From contig JAFTYI010000005.1 in assembly GCA_017464815.1 (NCBI GenBank), positions 22,034 to 86,033 of the forward strand: a stretch of 64,000 nucleotides of DNA, read 5' to 3'. The translations under genes were made by a program, and so were the position numbers. Origin of the DNA: Bacteroidaceae bacterium (GTDB lineage: Bacteria; Bacteroidota; Bacteroidia; Bacteroidales; Bacteroidaceae). A model generated the notes under the pieces. The model had not been told where the DNA came from. It searched no databases and was given only the letters and a program-made list of their open reading frames with translations. This document shows positions 18,451 through 27,633 of the stretch, piece after piece (position 1 is the stretch's first letter; the number at the start of each line of letters is the position of its first letter).

Positions 18451-21400
18451 ATGAACAAGCATTTTATCCTGCTGACAGCCTTGTTGGGCGGCCTCTCCGG
18501 CACCATACGGGCACAGCATCCGACACAGACGGCCGACGAATTGTATGCGGAGGGAAAACAGCTGTACCTGCGCCACCACTATGCAGCCGCCCAACAGACG
18601 TTGGAAGACTACCTGAAACTCCCCGTGGCCGACGCAGCCCACCGGACACGCGCCACCGAGGCTGAATACATGACCGTGTGCACGGCCTACTACCTGAAAG
18701 AGGCCGACCGCTTCGACCGGATTCTGAATTATCTCGTCAAGCACCCCGATACGCCCCACGCCAACCGCTTGCATGCCTTGGCCGGAAACACCCTCTATGC
18801 CGAGGGGATGTACGACCGCGCACTGGATTGCTATGCAAAGGCCGACATCGGATTGTTGGGGGATAGCGAGCGCGACGAGGCGACCCTCTACAAAGCCGTC
18901 TGCCTGTTGAAGACGGGCGACCTGCAAGAGGCCTACGCCCTGTTGACCGTGGTGCAGACACTCAGCACCGAATATGAGGCCGACGCACGCTACTACAAAG
19001 CCTACATCGACTACACCAACCACCAATACGACGAGGCACTTTCGGCCCTAGAGTCGTTGAAGGAGCATCCCACCTATGGCCTGCAAGTCTCACTCTACAC
19101 CGCCGACATCCAATTGCAACAGGGAGGATTTTCCGAGGCCCGCCACACGGCAGAAGCCCTCATGGCACAACATCCCGATGCGGAAGAGGCCCTGGAGATG
19201 AAGCGCATAGCCGGCGAGGCGGCCTATGGGATGAAGGAATATGCCCAAGCCGTGAGCTGGTTGGACGAGTATGTGCAAGGGACGGAGGCCCCGCAACGCA
19301 ACGCCCTCTATAAACTGGGCATGAGCCAATTGCAACAAGGCATCTGCACCCAAGCGGCACTGAACCTCACCCGCTCGGCCAGTGAACGCGATGCACTGGC
19401 CCAGAATGCCTACCTCCATAGCGGATTGGCCTACGTGCAATTGCTGGACAAGGTGAAGGCACGCATGGCCTTCGAGCAGGCTTCGTCGATGGACTTCGAC
19501 AAGGGTGTGAAGGAGCAGGCGCTCTACAACTATGCCCTCTGCATCCACGAGACGGCCTACACGGGCTTTGGCGAGTCGGTGACGGTGTTCGAGCGGTTCC
19601 TCAATGAGTTTCCCGCTTCGCCCTACGCCGACAAGGTGAACGACTACCTGGTGGAGGTCTACATGAACACACGCAGCTACAAGACGGCCCTCGCCTCCAT
19701 TGCCAAAATCAAGCAACCGGGCACACGCATCCTGGAAGCCCGGCAGAAGATAAACTACCGCCTGGGCACCGAAGCCTTTGCCAATGCCGACTACCGGGGC
19801 GCACAAGCCTACTTCAACGAATCGTTGAAAGATGCCCGCTACAATCGCGAGACACAGGCCGACACCTACTTCTGGCGAGGCGAGACACGCTACCGCATGG
19901 GCAATTGGAATGGTGCCTCGGCCGACTACCTGCAATACCTCTCGACCACGACATCCAATCCCAAGCAACGGGCCACGGCCTACTACAACCTGGGATACAC
20001 GGCCTTCCAACAGAAGAACTACTCCAAGGCACGCGGTTATTTCGACCGCCTTCTGAATGAATTCCGCTCCTCGTCCACCCCCCAGATGGTGGCCGATGCC
20101 TTGAACCGCAAGGCCGATTGCCTCTTCTATGCGCGCGACTTCAGTGGAGCCGCCCAGGCTTATGCCGAAGCCACCGACACCGACCCCTCACAAGGCGATT
20201 ATGCCCTCTATCAGCGGGCCTTCGTGCAGGGTCTTCAGAAGGACTATCAGGGAAAGGTCACCAGCCTCAACCGCATGATTGACCGTTTCCCCCGCTCGAC
20301 CTACGTGGACGATGCCCTCTACGAACGGGGCCGCGCCTATGTGCAGATGGAGCAGAATGCCCAAGCCATCGCCTCGTTCAAGGAGCTCACCACCCGCTTC
20401 CCCGAGAGTGCCTTGGCACGCAAGGCGGCCAGCGAAATAGGCATGCTCTACTATCAGGACGACCACTTCAACGAGGCCATCGCGGCCTACAAGCAGGTGA
20501 TAGAGAAATACCCAGGTAGCGACGAGGCACGCATGGCCGGACGCGACCTGAAGAACATCTACATCGAGCAAAACCGCGTGGACGACTATGCCACCTATGC
20601 CGCCACCCAAAAGGGGGTCATCCAGTTCGACGTCAGCGAGCGCGACTCACTGACCTATCTGGCCGCCGAGAAGGTGTACATGCGAGGCAACATGCAGGAG
20701 GCCGAAAAGAGCATGGCCACCTACCTGCAAAGTTTCCCCGAGGGAGCCTACCGCCTGAATGCCCACTACTACCTCGGCGTGGCTGCGTATGAGAAAAAGG
20801 ATGCCCCTACGGCCCTCGCCCACTTCGACAAGGTGTTGGAGTATCCCCACAACAAATTCTCGGAAGAGGCCACAACGATGGCCGCCGAGCTGGCCTACAA
20901 CAGCAAGGACTACCAACGTGCCCTCACCCTCTACAAACTCCTGAAGGGGAAGACCACCTCGGCCGAACGCCTGCTGATGGCACGTACGGGCATCCTCCGC
21001 TCGGCCCATCTGCTGGGCGATGGAGACGAGGTGATAGCCTCCGCCACCGAGTTGTTGGACGATGGCAAGACCTCGCCCGAGCTGGCCAACGAGGCACGCT
21101 ACTACCGGAGTCGGGCAGCAGCCAAGGCAGGCGATCGCGAGCTGGCCGGCAAAGACCTGGAAGAGCTGGCCAAGGACACCCGCCACGCCTATGGTGCCGA
21201 AGCCAAATACCGGTTGGCCGAGATGCACTATTCGGCCAGCAACTATGCCGAAGCCGAAAAAGTGTTGCTCAACTACATCGAGGTGAGCACACCCCACGCC
21301 TATTGGCTCGCACGCAGCTTTGTCCTCCTCTCCGACGTGTATATGCACACGGGGCGCGAAATCGAGGCCAAGCAATACCTCCTCTCGCTCAAGCAGAACT

Positions 21401-21462
21401 ACTCGGCCAGCGACGACATTGCCGGCATGATTGAAGAGCGACTCCAAAAAATGACCAACTAA
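18451..21462 (+). CDS. Large secreted tetratricopeptide repeat protein
   Basis: Signal peptide; TPR units throughout (DDALYERG, YP.S..A motifs); start at ATG 18451. Confidence 0.9.
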   Translation: MNKHFILLTALLGGLSGTIRAQHPTQTADELYAEGKQLYLRHHYAAAQQTLEDYLKLPVADAAHRTRATEAEYMTVCTAYYLKEADRFDRILNYLVKHPDTPHANRLHALAGNTLYAEGMYDRALDCYAKADIGLLGDSERDEATLYKAVCLLKTGDLQEAYALLTVVQTLSTEYEADARYYKAYIDYTNHQYDEALSALESLKEHPTYGLQVSLYTADIQLQQGGFSEARHTAEALMAQHPDAEEALEMKRIAGEAAYGMKEYAQAVSWLDEYVQGTEAPQRNALYKLGMSQLQQGICTQAALNLTRSASERDALAQNAYLHSGLAYVQLLDKVKARMAFEQASSMDFDKGVKEQALYNYALCIHETAYTGFGESVTVFERFLNEFPASPYADKVNDYLVEVYMNTRSYKTALASIAKIKQPGTRILEARQKINYRLGTEAFANADYRGAQAYFNESLKDARYNRETQADTYFWRGETRYRMGNWNGASADYLQYLSTTTSNPKQRATAYYNLGYTAFQQKNYSKARGYFDRLLNEFRSSSTPQMVADALNRKADCLFYARDFSGAAQAYAEATDTDPSQGDYALYQRAFVQGLQKDYQGKVTSLNRMIDRFPRSTYVDDALYERGRAYVQMEQNAQAIASFKELTTRFPESALARKAASEIGMLYYQDDHFNEAIAAYKQVIEKYPGSDEARMAGRDLKNIYIEQNRVDDYATYAATQKGVIQFDVSERDSLTYLAAEKVYMRGNMQEAEKSMATYLQSFPEGAYRLNAHYYLGVAAYEKKDAPTALAHFDKVLEYPHNKFSEEATTMAAELAYNSKDYQRALTLYKLLKGKTTSAERLLMARTGILRSAHLLGDGDEVIASATELLDDGKTSPELANEARYYRSRAAAKAGDRELAGKDLEELAKDTRHAYGAEAKYRLAEMHYSASNYAEAEKVLLNYIEVSTPHAYWLARSFVLLSDVYMHTGREIEAKQYLLSLKQNYSASDDIAGMIEERLQKMTN

Positions 21463-21500
21463 CCACATTCCCATTGACGAAAAAAAACAAAGAAGGAACG

Positions 21501-23210
21501 ATGAAGAGACTATACGTGTTGACGGGCATCCTGCTCGGAGCAACAACCCTGCAAGCCCAAGACCCTGAAAAGACATCCACTCAGCTGGATCGCACCGTGG
21601 TGGTGGAAAACCTCTACAACCCCGACATCATGAACGCCAACAAGATAAACATCATGCCCACGTTGGAGGAGCCACAGGTGGCGAAAAAACAGATTGAGTA
21701 CGCCACCACGTCCCATCCCTCGGGTCAGTTCGGCTTTGCCCCCATGGCCTCCTTTGGCGAAACTCCCCAGCAGGCCGATGCCGGGAGGGGATACTTCCGC
21801 CTCGGCTACGGCAACCGGGGCAATGTGGACAGCCGGCTGAGCTATCGGTTCGACCTGGGCAAGCGCGACGTGCTCAACGCCAACCTCGCCTTCCGTGGCA
21901 TGGATGGCACCATCGACCTGCCCGCCCCCATCGGCGACACCGAGGAGTGGAAGGCCCGCGCCTACCACACCCAGGGGAACCTCGGATGGGCCCACCGCTT
22001 CAACCCCGTCACCCTCTCGGTGGAGGCCGATGCCGAAAATCAGGTGTTCAACTACCCCTACACCAACCAATGGACCTTCGACAACACCCACCAACACAAC
22101 CTGCTGGGAAGCCTGAGAGCCAGCGTCAGCAGCAACAACCACGATGCCGACCTGCGTTTCCAAGCCGGCACAGGTCTGTTGTATGCCAAGCAGAAATATG
22201 CCTTCGGCTACTACGACGAGCAGAGCAGCGAACCCTACGCCGAGACCATCATCCGCAGCCACCTCCAAGCAACCGGCGACATCAACACCCGCACCAGTGT
22301 GCACCTGCATGCCCGGATGGACAACATCATGGTCAACCCCGGTGGCGACTACAACAAGGTCTCCCTCACCGTCGTGCAACTCAACCCCCACCTCACCAGC
22401 GAGGGAAAGTGGTGGAAAGTGCGCATAGGCGCCCACATCGACCCCCTCTTTGGCAACGGAGGCTCTGAGTTCTCCTTTGCCCCCGACCTCTATGGCGAAT
22501 ACCGCCTTGCCCGTGGCTACTCGCTCTATCTGCAAGCCGGTGGCGGACGCGTGGTGAACGACTTCCGCACCATCAACCGCTTCGACCCCTACGCCGAGTT
22601 TCCCGTCTTCCGCGACGGAAGCGAAGGCAAGGGCTTCTACTCCCCCCGCCACTCGTTTCATCAATTGGACGGGCTGCTCGGCTTCAAGGCCACCCCGCTC
22701 AACGAATTGTCGCTCCACCTCTACGGAGGCTATCGCATCACGAAGGAGCAGCTCTTCTCCACCCTCGTGCCCGACTACACCAACGAGCGCCTCTGCTACC
22801 TGATGCACGACGATGCCAACCTGTTGCACGCAGGGGCATCGGTCGCCTATGCCTGGAAAGACCTCCTCACCACCCGTGCCGAGGTCGAGTGGAGCAAGTG
22901 GGAGAGCGACCTGACGGACACCTACAGCACCCTGCTCCCCGAATTGTCGCTCCGATGGAGTGCCGAGGTGCACCCCATCCGAGCACTCAGCATCGGCCTC
23001 ACCTACCACTACGAGCAACGGTGCAACGACGTGGCCGGCAACCGTCCCGATGCCATTAACAACCTCGGCGTCCACGCCTGCTACCGCCTCTTCCATTGGC
23101 TCAGCCTCTATGCCCAAGGCGACAACCTGCTGAATCAGGCCTACTACCGCCACATCCTGCAACCCGCACAAGGGTTCAACGTCGTGGGCGGTGCCATCCT
23201 GGAGTTTTAG
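21501..23210 (+). CDS. Outer-membrane beta-barrel protein (often annotated TonB-dependent receptor), partner of the TPR protein
   Basis: Signal peptide; LDRTVVVENLYNPDI..KI; LGYGN; DNLLNQAY; C-terminal Phe. Confidence 0.75.
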   Translation: MKRLYVLTGILLGATTLQAQDPEKTSTQLDRTVVVENLYNPDIMNANKINIMPTLEEPQVAKKQIEYATTSHPSGQFGFAPMASFGETPQQADAGRGYFRLGYGNRGNVDSRLSYRFDLGKRDVLNANLAFRGMDGTIDLPAPIGDTEEWKARAYHTQGNLGWAHRFNPVTLSVEADAENQVFNYPYTNQWTFDNTHQHNLLGSLRASVSSNNHDADLRFQAGTGLLYAKQKYAFGYYDEQSSEPYAETIIRSHLQATGDINTRTSVHLHARMDNIMVNPGGDYNKVSLTVVQLNPHLTSEGKWWKVRIGAHIDPLFGNGGSEFSFAPDLYGEYRLARGYSLYLQAGGGRVVNDFRTINRFDPYAEFPVFRDGSEGKGFYSPRHSFHQLDGLLGFKATPLNELSLHLYGGYRITKEQLFSTLVPDYTNERLCYLMHDDANLLHAGASVAYAWKDLLTTRAEVEWSKWESDLTDTYSTLLPELSLRWSAEVHPIRALSIGLTYHYEQRCNDVAGNRPDAINNLGVHACYRLFHWLSLYAQGDNLLNQAYYRHILQPAQGFNVVGGAILEF

Positions 23211-23242
23211 CCACCGTTTTCCCCGCCTCACCCGTCCAAAAT

Positions 23243-23308
23243 GTCGTTTTTGTCCCATAACTTGTCGGGATTGGCCGATTGCAAACCGGGATACAAGCCG
23301 TAAATTTG
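23243..23308 (+). promoter_or_regulatory. Shared sugar-regulon operator plus -7 box, upstream of the amidohydrolase
   Basis: GTCGtttttgTCCCATAActtGTCGG at 23243; TAAATTTG 23301-23308. Confidence 0.75.
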
Positions 23309-23348
23309 CAACGCAAAAAGCCCGACAAGCAATAAGGATTAAAAACGT

Positions 23349-24266
23349 ATGAAAATAATTGATGCACACGCCCACCTGTGGCTCAAGCAAGACACGGTGG
23401 TGGACGGTCTCCCCATCCGCACATTGGACAACGGTCGCTCGCTCTTCATGGGCGAAGTGCGGCAGATGCTCCCCCCCTTCATGACCGACGGGGTGAACAG
23501 TGCCGAGGTGTTCCTCTCCAACATGGATTACGCCCAAGTGTCGGCCGCGGTCATCACCCAAGAATTCATCGACGGCATCCAGAACGACTACCTCGCCGAG
23601 GTAGCCCGTTGCCACCCGTCGCGCTTCCTCGTGTGCGGCATGTGCGAGTTCCGTCGCCCCGGCTTCCTGCCCCATGCCCGCGAGTTGCTCGACGGAGGCT
23701 TCCGCGCCATCAAGATACCCGCCCAACGCCTGTTGTTGCCCGAGGGACGGGTGATGCTCACCAGCGACGAGATGATGCAGATGTTCCACCTCATGGAGGA
23801 GCGAGGGGCCATCCTCTCCATCGACCTGGCCGACGGAGCCCTGCAAGTGGGCGAGATGCAGGAGGTCATCCAAGAGTGTCCGCGCCTGAAGGTAGCCATC
23901 GGCCACTTCGGCATGGTCACCCGCCAAGGGTGGCACGAGCAGGTCAAGCTGGCCCGCCACGCGAACGTGATGATTGAATCAGGCGGCATCACGTGGCTCT
24001 TCAACGACGAGTTCTACCCCTTCCACGGCGCCATCCGCGCCATCCGCGAAGCCTCCGACCTGGTGGGCATGGACAAGCTCATGTGGGGCTCCGACTACCC
24101 GCGCACCATCACCGCCATCACCTACCGCATGTCCTACGACTTTGTTACCAAGAGCCGCGAACTCTCCCCCGAAGAAAAAGCCCTCTTCCTCGGCGAAAAC
24201 GCCCGCCGGTTCTATGGCTTCACCCACCTGGTGGAGCTGCCTTACATAAAGAATATGAGTGAATGA
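23349..24266 (+). CDS. Amidohydrolase_2 family, probable sugar lactonase (L-galactono-/L-fucono-1,5-lactonase-like)
   Basis: IIDAHAHLW, IGHFG, LMWGSDYP, ENARRFY; genomic context. Confidence 0.8.
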   Translation: MKIIDAHAHLWLKQDTVVDGLPIRTLDNGRSLFMGEVRQMLPPFMTDGVNSAEVFLSNMDYAQVSAAVITQEFIDGIQNDYLAEVARCHPSRFLVCGMCEFRRPGFLPHARELLDGGFRAIKIPAQRLLLPEGRVMLTSDEMMQMFHLMEERGAILSIDLADGALQVGEMQEVIQECPRLKVAIGHFGMVTRQGWHEQVKLARHANVMIESGGITWLFNDEFYPFHGAIRAIREASDLVGMDKLMWGSDYPRTITAITYRMSYDFVTKSRELSPEEKALFLGENARRFYGFTHLVELPYIKNMSE

Positions 24267-24269
24267 ATA

Positions 24270-24473
24270 TTTTAGGCACGGATTACGCGGATTACGCGGA
24301 TTTTTTCTTTTTCAGACATTCAACTTTCGCCGGGTATTATACCTACATGATGTCTCTGTCATTTTGAGCCTTAGCGAAAAATCTGATGACGTTAGCATTA
24401 TTACAAAAGACTTATGTTCTTATGTCTAAGAAAAAGAAAAAAACCGCGTCATCCGCGTAATCCGCACCTAAAA
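24270..24473. repeat. Palindromic element family A with an internal REP-like arm
   Basis: TTTAGGCACGGATTACGCGGATTACGCGG ... CCGCGTCATCCGCGTAATCCGCACCTAAA; internal GTCATTTTGAGCCTTAGCGAAAAATCT. Confidence 0.85.
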
Positions 24474-24500
24474 AAAATAAAAAAACAAAAATAGAGAACA

Positions 24501-25517
24501 ATGAAAGCAATCCAAATAACCGCCCCTTCAGAGATGAAGGTAACAGACATTGAAAAGCCCTGCATCGGCGCAGGCGAAGTGATGGTGAAGCTCCACTACG
24601 TAGGCTTCTGTGGCTCCGACCTCAACACCTTCCTCGGACGCAACCCCATGGTGAAACTCCCCGTCATCCCCGGCCACGAAGTGGGCGCCACCATCGAAGC
24701 CCTGGGCGAAGGCGTGCCCGACGAACTGACGGTGGGCATGAGCGTCACCCTCAACCCCTACACCAATTGCGGGAAGTGCGCCGCCTGCCGCAACGGACGC
24801 GTGAACGCCTGCCAGTTCAACGAGACACTGGGCGTTCAACGCAACGGAGTGATGACCGAGTATGCCGTAGTGCCCTGGCAAAAAGTCATCCCCGCCGAAG
24901 GCATCTCGCCACGCGATTGCGCCCTGATAGAACCCATGAGCGTGGGCTTCCATGCCGTGAGCCGTGCAGGCGTCGAAGACAACGAAGTGGTTATCGTCAT
25001 CGGATGCGGCATGGTAGGCCTTGGAGCCGTCGTGCGGGCCGCCCTGCGAGGCGCCACGGTGATAGCCATCGACCTCGATGACGAAAAACTCTCTTTGGCC
25101 AAGCAAGTGGGCGCCACCCACGTCATCAACTCGGCCAAGGAGAATGTTCACGAACGCGTACAGGCACTGACACAGAATTTGGGTGCCGACGTGGTAATTG
25201 AAGCCGTGGGAAGCCCCGCCACCTACGTGATGGCCGTGGACGAAGTCGCCTTCACCGGGCGCGTCATCTGCATCGGTTACGCCAAGAGCGAAGTCAGTTT
25301 CCAGACGAAGCTGTTCGTGCAGAAGGAGCTCGACATCCGAGGCTCGCGCAACGCCCTGCCCAGCGACTTCCGCTCCGTCATCCACTACATGAAGTCGGGC
25401 CATTTCCCCGCCGACGCCTTCATCAGCCGCATCGCCAAGCCCTCCGAAGCCGCCGACGCCATGCGTGAGTGGGCCGCCTCACCCGCCAAAGTTTTCCGCA
25501 TACTGGTAGAGTTCTGA
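24501..25517 (+). CDS. Zinc-binding alcohol dehydrogenase, probable L-galactonate 5-dehydrogenase-like
   Basis: CGSD, GHE, CGKCAAC..C, GCGMVG, KELDIRGSRNA. Confidence 0.82.
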   Translation: MKAIQITAPSEMKVTDIEKPCIGAGEVMVKLHYVGFCGSDLNTFLGRNPMVKLPVIPGHEVGATIEALGEGVPDELTVGMSVTLNPYTNCGKCAACRNGRVNACQFNETLGVQRNGVMTEYAVVPWQKVIPAEGISPRDCALIEPMSVGFHAVSRAGVEDNEVVIVIGCGMVGLGAVVRAALRGATVIAIDLDDEKLSLAKQVGATHVINSAKENVHERVQALTQNLGADVVIEAVGSPATYVMAVDEVAFTGRVICIGYAKSEVSFQTKLFVQKELDIRGSRNALPSDFRSVIHYMKSGHFPADAFISRIAKPSEAADAMREWAASPAKVFRILVEF

Positions 25518-25628
25518 TGCCCGACGGGAGGTCACATGCAGCTCACCACTCCTAAGCTCGTGCCGATGGCCGTCAGAATCGTTATCAGTGTCTGAATGAG
25601 GATTTTCCAAATGTCTCGTTTTTCTGTC

Positions 25629-25779
25629 GAGGGTGTGTCAAAATTAACTTTTTAGACGCGGATAACGCGGATGACGCGGATTTTTCGTAATTATTATACC
25701 CAAATAGGTTATAATTTATCTGCGTCATCCGCGTCATCCGCGTCTAAAAAATGAAAAGAGGGCTTTTTGACACTGCCTC
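25629..25779. repeat. Family A palindrome (25649-25750) nested inside GAGGGTGTGTCAAAA/TTTTGACACTGCCTC inverted repeats
   Basis: Both IR pairs seen directly; TTTTGACACACCCTC recurs at 41569-41583. Confidence 0.8.
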
Positions 25780-26166
25780 TTTCTACTATCAGCTTTTTCA
25801 ATGCGCTTGATGCATAAGGGATGTGCGCGTTGCAATTGATGAGCGACCAGTATATTGTAGACAATATATTGGAGGAACAGAGACAAACGGCATATTAATC
25901 AGTTATTGTCGATATTGGCAAATATTTGCAACGAGGTATTTCGAGTGCAAACCTTTTAATTAGCAAAAAATACGTCAGTTCGGGATAAGAAAGTGATGTA
26001 ATTATGAAGAATTTCACAGAATATATTGAAGAACATGTTTTACACCATCCAGTAATAAATCCCGTACTTCTATTCCTTTTCTATTTCATCAAAGTGAGAG
26101 ACTCTGCGAGGGGTGCATTATTGCATATATATACAATGTGAAGGTGAGGGGATGAGGTAAGGCACA

Positions 26167-26273
26167 AAGTGGTCAGCCCGTCTCCTCTCAAGTGGTCAGC
26201 GGCTAAGGTGTCTGGCGGTTAGCCCGTGTCCTCTCAAGTGGTCAGCGGCTGACCGCTCGACACCTTAGCCGCT
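26167..26273. repeat. Degenerate 23-bp-period array ending in an inverted partial unit
   Basis: Units start at 26167, 26190, 26213, 26236 (AAGTGGTCAGC...); GACACCTTAGCCGCT 26259-26273 is the reverse complement of 26198-26212. Confidence 0.8.
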
Positions 26274-26577
26274 AAAGGGTGGGAAAAAGGCGATTTTTGC
26301 TTGATTTTCCCGACCGGAAAATGCATAAATATACAGCGGGCGTATATTTATGCAAAACTGACCGCGTGAGAATCGCCTGTATGGGCGCGGATTTTCTTTC
26401 GCACGAAAAATGGGCAGAATTTTAATTGGGTCATAAATCATTGATGCTCAGCCCATGGATAAGACAACCTCAGCCTTGGGATAAGGTGAGCTTAGCCTTG
26501 GGATGAAGGCTAAGAATGATTGCATTTTTTCTATTTTCTTACATCATAAATTAGAAAATATTTACAGTTCACCCTTT

Positions 26578-27438
26578 TCACCCCCTCATCACCTCGCGAT
26601 ACTGCTTAGGGGTGTAGCCTGTGCGTTGGCGGAAGAGGCGGTTGAAATAGGAGTGGTCTTCGAAGCCCAGCATATAGGCCACGTTCTTCACGGGGACGTC
26701 CTCGGTGAAGAGGATGAGTTGGGCCTGCTCGATTTTCTTGCGGTTGATGTATTGCTGGGGCGTACAGCCTACCTCGCGCTTGAACAGGCGGATGTAGTGG
26801 TCCTTGGAGAGGCTGACGGCCTCGGCCAATTGGTCGAGGGTGATGGGCTTGCACAGGCGGCTGCGGATTTCGGCCATCGACCTTTGGATGCGCTCGTCGA
26901 TGTGGCCGTGGCCATGTGTGGCACTGGCAAGGAAACGGGAGAACAACTGGAAGATGATGCCGCGCGACTCGACCCGGTTGCAGAAGGTGCGCTGGCGGTT
27001 GCGGGTGATATTCCGCACCAGCGTGGGGCCGTTGTCGTAGCTCGTAGGGTCGGATTGGGGAAGCACCATGTGGGGATTGAGGTGGCACAGGCGCTCGAAA
27101 AGCAACTGCTCCAGGGTGCCCCCCTCCACCTCGGTGGGGAAATGCCACTCCTCGAGGAAGCCCGAGCTGTCGGGGGCATCTTCGTAGATGTGGAGGTAGT
27201 AGTGCACGAAATGGGCGTCGCACCGGTAGCTGTGTGTGGTAAAGGGGGGGATGAAATACATGTGCCCGGGGCGCAACGGATGCACGCCATCGGGCAAAAC
27301 GAGGTCGGCACCGCCCTCCACCACATAGAAGATGCGGGCAAAGGGGCTGTTCACATCCTGCCAGTTCCAATCGGCATGATGGCGGGCCAACCCGACATTC
27401 AGGGTTATCAAATGTAATTGCTCAACGGACTCTTTCAT
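26578..27438 (-). CDS. AraC-family transcriptional regulator
   Basis: Cupin N-terminus (SPFARIFYV..GHMYFIPPF); double HTH (LDQLAEAVSLS..LFKREVG..P..Y; LGFEDHSYFNRLF). Confidence 0.93.
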   Translation of the reverse strand: MKESVEQLHLITLNVGLARHHADWNWQDVNSPFARIFYVVEGGADLVLPDGVHPLRPGHMYFIPPFTTHSYRCDAHFVHYYLHIYEDAPDSSGFLEEWHFPTEVEGGTLEQLLFERLCHLNPHMVLPQSDPTSYDNGPTLVRNITRNRQRTFCNRVESRGIIFQLFSRFLASATHGHGHIDERIQRSMAEIRSRLCKPITLDQLAEAVSLSKDHYIRLFKREVGCTPQQYINRKKIEQAQLILFTEDVPVKNVAYMLGFEDHSYFNRLFRQRTGYTPKQYREVMRG

Positions 27439-27534
27439 GGTGCTCTACAACGTTGGGAGGCGGGGACTTTTCCGATGGCTTCCGCTGGTTTTTGTTGCAA
27501 AATTACCCTTTTTGCCCCTATCTTACAAGGAAAT

Positions 27535-27599
27535 GTCGAAAAAATCCTATCATCAGTCGCAAATGCACCATTGTATGTTGCAAGAAGTGGCTACCTTTG
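27535..27599 (+). promoter_or_regulatory. Shared operator plus -7 box, between divergent araC and GH43
   Basis: GTCGaaaaaaTCCTATCAtcaGTCG at 27535; TACCTTTG 27592-27599; divergent -7 box TAATTTTG on the minus strand at 27498-27505. Confidence 0.75.
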
Positions 27600-27633
27600 C
27601 CACGAAAAACAAAAAAACATCTTGAAGGAAACT

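Noticed and set aside
21510-23960. 816-aa minus-strand ORF, and similar long antisense ORFs at 11793-13994, 29321-30706, 31599-33140 and 57602-58762
   Set aside because: Shadows of real genes caused by GC-rich third-position bias; no recognisable motifs; 21510-23960 spans two real genes
26503-27417. 304-aa plus-strand ORF
   Set aside because: Antisense to the well-supported AraC gene
27418-27633. N-terminal extensions in the ORF track (also 5214, 16328, 16996, 18362, 18394, 21474, 40568, 42779, 50320, 52909)
   Set aside because: Most run through promoter boxes, repeats or neighbouring genes; downstream ATGs give proper signal peptides or family N-termini
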